From Scyliorhinus canicula (lineage: Eukaryota), in NCBI RefSeq assembly GCF_902713615.1, contig NC_052168.1:1922001-1986000 (forward strand): DNA of 64,000 nucleotides. Reading direction: 5' to 3'. The position numbers and the translations under genes were made by a program. The notes below the pieces were generated by a model that saw only the letters and a program-made list of their open reading frames with translations, searched no databases and was not told the origin of the DNA. Shown piece by piece: positions 33,318-64,000 of this stretch (the first letter of the stretch is position 1; every line of letters begins with the position of its first letter).

Positions 33318-33542
33318 TTTTTTAAATTTAGAGCACCCAATTCATTTTTTTCCAATTAAGGGGCAATTTAGCGTGGCCAATCCACCTACCCTGCACATCT
33401 TTGGGCTGTGGGGGCGAAACCCACGCAGACACATGGGGAGAATGTGCAAACTCCACACGGACAGTGACCCAGAGCCGGGATCGAACCTGGGACCTCGGCG
33501 CCGTGAGGCAGCAGTGCTAACCACTGCACCACCGTGCTGCCC
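33318..33542 (-). mobile_element. poly(A)-tailed V-core SINE
   Basis: TSD AAATGTTTGCAATATTC. Confidence 0.88.
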
Positions 33543-33780
33543 TAAATGTTTGCAATATTCTTTTGGATATTTTATGAATGAAGTATATTTTTCCAAAAAA
33601 AAAAACCCATCGACAGTTTCTTCATAAAGAGGTAGCAGAACATCCGGTATTTGTGAGAATGCTCATAATGTGAACACAAACAGACATTTTTTACCTAATT
33701 TTTATGCAATTCAAAACATTTTAAAGTAATGGATCAATTAAAATAACTGTGTTTCTGATTGTTTAAAATCTACTCCCAAA

Positions 33781-34100
33781 TTTGGATTTGGATTTTGGTT
33801 TATTGTCACGTGTACCAAGGCACAGTGAAAAGTATTGTTCTGTCTACAGTCCAGACTGATCATACCATGCATGAAAAACCCATAGCACATACATAAATAC
33901 ACAATGTAAATTCATAGACACAGGCATTGGGTGAAGCATATGGGGTGTAGTACTACTCAGTAGAGAAGATGTGTGGAGAGATCAGTTCAGTCCATAAGAG
34001 AGTCCTTTAGGAGCTTGGTAACAGCAGGGAAGAAACTGTTTTTGAACCTGTTAGTGCGTGTTCTCAGACTTTTGTATCTCCTGCCCGATAGAAGAGGTTG
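33781..34100 (-). mobile_element. Rex1/Babar-like LINE 3' end
   Basis: SGRRYKSLRTRTNRFKNSFFPAVTKLL; 3' end TTTTCACTGT...GTGACAATAAA + (CCAAAT)n. Confidence 0.75.
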
Positions 34101-34699
34101 AAAATCATCCCAGTGTATCAAAGATTTTTGTCCTTTTATTTTATTAATATTGTGTTTCCCTTCCACCACCCTTTTCCCTCTGTGTTGTGTGTGCGTAGAG
34201 AGTGGGGTTAGTTAGAAAGAGGGGGGGAGGTGGGGGGAAAGGGGTATAGATAGCCAGTTACATTTTCTGCCTGTTTAATTACAATACTGAAATGAAATGA
34301 AATGAAAATCACTTAGTGTCACGAGTAGGCTTCAATGAAGTTACTGTGAAAAGCCCCTAGTCGCCACATTCCGGCACCTGTCCGGGAAGGCTGGTACGAG
34401 AATCGAACCGTGCTGCTGGCCTGCTTTAAAAGCCAGCGATTTAGCTCAGTGAGCTAAACCAGCCCCTTGTATATAATAACTGTATATTATAAAAGGTTAT
34501 TTGAGTTTTAAAGTTACAAACCTGGTGACTAGTTTATTGGGCTCAGCCGAGGACACTGGGTATTTTAAATCAAATCTTATTTCACCTGTGTTGTGACTCT
34601 GGTCAAGAGGGGTTTGAATTGACTGCGTGCAGCCCAGGGGGGTCGTGACACCAGCAGTGATTCTGACCCCCGCTGTTAACTTCCCCAATTAAACCCCAA

Positions 34700-35975
34700 C
34701 AGCCACCCCGCAAATCCCTCCCCGCCACTCAATCCATCCTCAAAATCCCCTCCCCCAATCCGCCCTCCCCTCTATCCCCCTTCCCACCCCCTCAATCCCC
34801 CTTCCCATCCCCAGTCCCTCCCCTCCCCTCAATTCCCCCTCCCCTCCCCTCCCCTCAATCCCCCTCCCCTCAATTCCTCCTCCCCTCCCCTCAATTCCCC
34901 CCTCCCCTTAATTCCCCCCTCCCCTCAGTCCCTCCCCTCCCCTCCATCCCCCTTCCCTCCCCTCCCCTCAATTCCCCCTCCCCTCCCCTCCCCTCAATCC
35001 CTCTCCCCTCAATTCCTCCTCCCCTCCCCTCAATTCCCCCCTCCCCTTAATTCTCCCCTCCCCTCAGTCCCTCCCCTCAGTCCCTCCCCTCCCCTCCATC
35101 CCCCTTCCCTCCCCGGAATGTGGCGACGAGGGGCTTTTCACAGTAACTTCATTGAAGCCTACTCGTGACAATAAGCGATTTTCATTTCATTTCATTTCAA
35201 TTCCCCCTCCCCTCAATTCCCCCTCCCCTCCCCTCAATTCCCCCTCCCCTCCCCTCCCCTCCCCTCAATTCCCCCTCCCCTCCCCTCAATTCCCCCTCCC
35301 CTCCCCTCAATTCCCCCTCCCCTCCATTCCCCCTCCCCTCCCCTCACTGTGTTGTTTCCCCTCCCCCTCCCCTCACTGTGTTGTTTCCCCTCCCCTCCCC
35401 TCAATTCCCCTCCACTCCCCTCAATTCCCCCTCCCCTCCCCTCAATCGCCCCTCCCCTTCCCTCCCCTCAATTCCCCCTCCCCTCCCCTCAATTCCCCCC
35501 TCCCCATCCCTCAATTCCCCCTCCCCTCCCCATCCCTCATTCCCCCTCCCCTCCCCATCCCTCAATTCCCCCCTCCCCTCCCCGCATCCCCCTCCCCTCC
35601 CCATCCCCTCCCCTCCCCATCCCTCAATTCCCCCTCCCCTCCCCAACCCTCAATTCCCCCTCCCCTCCCCATCCCTCAATTCCCCCTCCCCTCCCCATCC
35701 CTCAATTCCCCCTCCCCTCCCCATCCCTCAATTCCCCCTCCCCTCCCCATCCCTCAATTCCCCCTCCCCTCCCCAACCCTCATTCCCCCTCCCCTCCCCA
35801 ACCCTCAATTCCCCCTCCCCTCCCCATCCCTCAATTCCCCCTCCCCTCCCCATCCCTCAATTCCCCCTCCCCTCCCCTCAATTCCCCCTCCCCTCCCTCA
35901 ATCCCCCTCCCCTCCCCTCAATTCCCCCTCCCCTCCCCTCAATTCCCCTCCCTCAACTCTCCTCCCCTCAAAAAT
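34700..35975. repeat. C-rich polypyrimidine repeat (CCCTC/CAATT)
   Basis: Low-complexity tract upstream of DDX47. Confidence 0.95.
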
Positions 35976-35988
35976 CCCTCCTCCCAGG

Positions 35989-36044
35989 ACTACAACTCCC
36001 AGCGCACCCCGCGCCGCACATGCGCTCCCCCTTCCCGGAGCAAG

Positions 36045-36052
<8 letters not shown>
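35989..36052 (+). promoter_or_regulatory. DDX47 core promoter: ZNF143/THAP11 motif, NRF1-like and YY1 motifs
   Basis: ACTACAACTCCCAGC 35989-36003; GCACATGCGC 36016-36025; CAAGATGGCGGC overlapping ATG. Confidence 0.7.
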
Positions 36053-60050
<23,998 letters not shown>

Positions 60051-60371
60051 AGGCACAGACTCGCAAAAGTTCTTTTCAGATTGGATCAGATATTTATGTT
60101 TTATACTAGCCCACAGCTGAATTCTATCAGTTGATGCACTTGCTCAGGTCTTGGTTGTGAAGACTGTACTATTGACAGATTACGCTGATGAGGATGTGTC
60201 TTTTTGTGATGGCCCGCTGCCATTTATCCAGCAACACAGCGTTCCCTTTATCAATCGCAATTCCCTGGGATAAATAGCAGCAAAATTGTGTTACTCTTTG
60301 AAAGAAATTCTCAGCCTGCAGAGTGTCATTTGAGAAATGTTTAAAACCGTACAAGATTTAACGTTCTCTTA

Positions 60372-60377
60372 AATAAA
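60372..60377 (+). terminator. Candidate DDX47 poly(A) signal
   Basis: AATAAA ~320 nt after stop. Confidence 0.55.
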
Positions 60378-61335
60378 CTCAGAAAATTCCAAGTTGTTGC
60401 CATTAATGCTTCCATGGTGTTGGGACGTGCCAAATACAATATTTATCCAGCAGGGAAACTAAATAACTCGGGAAGGCTGATGTCTGAAAGTTCTCCTGCA
60501 GCCTGCCTGTTCTCTTGTTTACTGATTCCACAAGGTCTGTTCTCCTCCCTATCTTTGCAAATTCCTCGAGCCCCAAGTGTTACTCGCGCCTGAATGATCG
60601 CTCTTCCCGGCTCCCCCATTAGTAACGCAGCCTTTGACCACGTTGCCCTCGCTCTCAGTTTTTCTTCCCAACCTACTGCCTTTCCCACGGCAAAGTTTCT
60701 GTACCTCTCACCTCTTTAGCCCCTCTTGGCGCCACTGCCTACTCCTAATCAGTGAAGCACTTTGGGGTATTGACGAGGGTTGAGAAATGTCGCACTAATA
60801 GTTGGGGATGAGTGAGAGCTGGGCGCTGTTGGCTGGATTCACCTGAAGGCTGAATAAACTGGGTGAGATTTTCTACCCTTTGCTCTGAATCTAAATTAGT
60901 CCCCAGAATGGGAAGATTGTCCTTTAGTCACAGAAAAGGCCATTCGGCCCATCATGGTCTGCACTGGTCTTTAAACACCCATCTATTCTCGTCCCATTTT
61001 CTAACACTTAGTCTCCAGCCTTGTTTGCTGTGGCGTTTCAAGTCCTCATTTAAATCCTTAGAATCATAGAATTGCGACAGTGCAGAAGGAGGCCATTTGG
61101 CCCATTAGGTTTGCCCCAACCCTCTGAAAGAACACCACACCTAGGTCCACTCCCCTATCTCCGTAACCCCATAATCCCACCTAATCTTTGGACTGTGGGA
61201 GGAAACCGGAGCACCCGGAGGAAACCCACGCAGACACATGGTGAACGTGCAGATTCCGCAGACAGTGACTCAAGGCTGGAATTGAACCCGGGTCCCTGGC
61301 TCTACCCGATCGTGCCACCCTCCTTTAAATGTTGT

Positions 61336-61563
61336 GGGCAGCACGGTGACGCAGTGGTTAGCACTGCTGCCTCACAGCGCTGAGGTCCCAGGTTCAATCC
61401 CGACTCTGGGTCACTGTCCGTGTGGAGTTTGCCCATTCTCCCCGTGTTTGTGTGGGTTTCACCCCCACAACTCAAAGATGTGCTGGGTAGGTGGATTGAA
61501 CACGCTAAATTGCCCCTTAATTGGAAAAAATGAATTGGATACTCTAAATTTATTTTAAAAAAA
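61336..61563 (+). mobile_element. V-core SINE
   Basis: TSD-like ATGTTGTG; core and A tail. Confidence 0.8.
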
Positions 61564-61566
61564 TAT

Positions 61567-62262
61567 GTTGTGAGGGTCTCTGCCTCCACCGCCCTTTCAG
61601 GCAGCGAGTTCCAGACTCCCACCACCCTCTGGGTGAAAAAGTTTTGCATCAAATCCCCTCTAAATCTCCGGCCCCTACCTTAAATCTATGCCCTCCCCCC
61701 CCCCCCCTCCCCCCCAGTTATTGCCCCCTCCACTGAGGGGAAAAATGTCTTCCTATTTACCCTATCCGTGTCCCTCATAATTTTGTACACTTCGATCAGG
61801 TCCCTCCTCAGCCTTCTCTGCTCGAAGCCTCTTCTTCACAGCTGAAACGCTCCAGCCCCAGGCCACATCCTGCTGAATCTCCTCTGCACCCTCTCCAGTG
61901 CAATCACATCCTTCCTGTAGTGAGGAGACCAGAACTGCACCCAGTACTCCAGCTGTGGCCTAACCAGCGTTTTGTACAGCTCCATCATACCCTCCCTGCT
62001 CTTACATTCACTGCCTCGGTTAATGAAGACAAGTATCTCATAGGCCTCCTTAACCACCTGATCTACCTGTCCTGCTGTCTTCAGGGATCTTTGGATATGA
62101 GCCCAAGGTCCCCCGGTCCTCTGTAATTCCTCGCGTCCTATCTGTATTCCCCTGCCTTGTTAATCCCCAAAATGCATCACTTCGCACTTTTCAGGGTTAA
62201 ATTCCATTTGCCTCTGGTCTGCCCATCTGACCAGCCCGTCTATATTGTCCTGTAATCTAAGA
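61567..62262 (-). mobile_element. CR1 fragment
   Basis: [24 protein letters not shown]; [14 protein letters not shown]. Confidence 0.85.
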
Positions 62263-62269
62263 CTTTAAA

Positions 62270-62493
62270 AAATAAATAAATTTAGTGTACCCAATTCATT
62301 TTTTCCAATTAGGGGGCAATTTAGCGTGGCCTCCACCTATCCTGCATATCTTTTGGGCTGTGGGGGCAAAACCCACGCAGACACGGGGAGAATGTGCAAA
62401 CTCCACACGGACAGTGACCCAGGGCCGGGATTGAACCTGGGACCTCGGCGCCGTGAGGCAGCAGTGCCAACCACTGTGCCACCGTGCTGCCCC
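62270..62493 (-). mobile_element. V-core SINE
   Basis: TSD GTAATCTAAGACTTT. Confidence 0.82.
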
Positions 62494-63176
62494 GTAATCT
62501 AAGACTTTGATGAGAGACTGAATACATTGGGTCTACATTCTCTGGAGTCGAGCAGAATGAGAGATGACCTTATTGAAAATGACAAGATTCTAAAGGGGCT
62601 CGAGGGCATCGACCCCGTGATGTTTCTACCAGGTGGCGGAACTTAAACCATCGAGACTTGGGGGGGGGGGGGGGGGGGGAATCATTTGAGACTGGGGTGG
62701 AAAATTTTGTTCACTCAAAGGTTATGAATCTTTGTGTTTTGAATGCTCCATTGTTGGGATATATTCGAGGCCAAGATAAACAAGGTTTTTGGGGTCTCGG
62801 AGTCGAGGAATACGGACATCAGTCAAAGAAATGGAGCCGGAGCCTTGATCATAGTGAATGGTGGAGGAGGCTCAATGGGCTATGGGGGTCTGAGCAGAGG
62901 CCTATCGTGAAGGATTGCCTTGGTGCACCTCTGTTTGCATTGGGTGTAATCAGTACTGTTGAAACATCCGTGTCCGGGTGCCCCCGTAAATGCAGCAGAA
63001 ATCTGGCAGGATGTCCCGGTGCAGGCGGTTTGGTGACTTTCTCCAGCTGCTCACACACCCATTCTGGCCCATTACCCCAGAGGTAGTGCATGTGTGAAAC
63101 TGGGTCTTGGGAAGTTCTGCCTCACTGGTAAAGCTCACTGACGAACACAGGATTGGCATTATTTAAAAGTTGATAC

Positions 63177-63660
63177 TCCCATCTGCCAGATTTTTGCCCT
63201 TTCGCTCAACCTATCTATATCCATCTGCAAATTTATGTCTTCTTCACAACATACTTTCCTGCCTATCTTTGTGTTGTCTGCAAATTTAGCTCCCATGACT
63301 TGACTCCCTAAGTAATTGATGTGAATTGTAAAAAGTTGAGCCCCAGCACAGAGCCCTGTGAGACTCCACTCGTCACATCCTGCCAATCAGGCAGACACAT
63401 TTATGCATACTCTCCATTTTCTTCCAGCCAACCTATTTTCTATCCAGACTATGTTACTCCCTACACCATGAGCTTATATTTTCAACAATAACCTTTGATG
63501 TGGAACCTTATCAAATGCCTTCTGAAAATCCAAGTACAGTACATCTACAGGCTCCCCTCAATCCACAGCACATTACTCCATCAAATAACTGGTTAAACAT
63601 GATTTCCCTTTCATAAAATCATGCTGACTTCCCAACAACATTGAGCTGGTCTAAGTGTAA
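63177..63660 (-). mobile_element. CR1 RT fragment
   Basis: [21 protein letters not shown]-like sequence. Confidence 0.75.
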
Positions 63661-64000
63661 GCTCTTTAACGGGTGATTCCTCCCCACAATAGCTGTTCCC
63701 CTCTGGCCCCCGTCATAATTTTGAAGGCCCCTCTAATAGGTTGTTCCTCTGCCTTCTCCTTTGGAGAAAGGAGCCCTTGCCGGTTCATTCCTGACAGCTA
63801 TAACCTCTCTGGTCAGGTAAATGCGAGTTGATGGTGATTGCTGAAGTGGTGTGATTGGGTAGACGTCTTCAGACTGGTAGGTCAGGTGATGAGTGGGGAC
63901 CCTGGATAGTGTATCGATGACCACACCACAGGCACTTTCAGTTAATGGAAAAATGATGCGGGAAAAGGTTGATTAGTTTTGTTAATTTTTATTATTATAG

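Overview
Repeat-rich vertebrate genomic DNA, almost certainly a shark/elasmobranch (HE1/V-SINE-type SINEs, HER1/CR1-type LINEs; taxon is an inference). Three host genes can be reconstructed by hand: (1) a 5-exon parvalbumin of the beta/oncomodulin-like type (+, TATA at 6394, CDS 8103-24778, 109 aa); (2) a single-coding-exon TRIM56-like RING-Bbox-CC-NHL gene (-, 31420-29441) with ISRE-like motifs; (3) a 12-exon DDX47 (+, 36045-60050; exon 9 runs into an N gap). The rest is CR1 LINEs, Penelope/Rex1/L1 fragments, many tRNA-derived SINEs, four copies of a GC-rich Harbinger-like MITE and several large minisatellites. Most long ORFs in the track are repeat artefacts. Top observations: a near-intact CR1 whose ATG-less ORF2 is reachable from ORF1 through a -1 frame overlap holding tandem slippery heptamers (G GGT TTA AAC TAA), suggesting programmed -1 ribosomal frameshifting; SINEs with three interchangeable tails; a minimal hammerhead ribozyme at a Penelope end; a 2.5-kb minisatellite born from the [11 protein letters not shown] codons; and a MITE packed with NRF1/CRE motifs.
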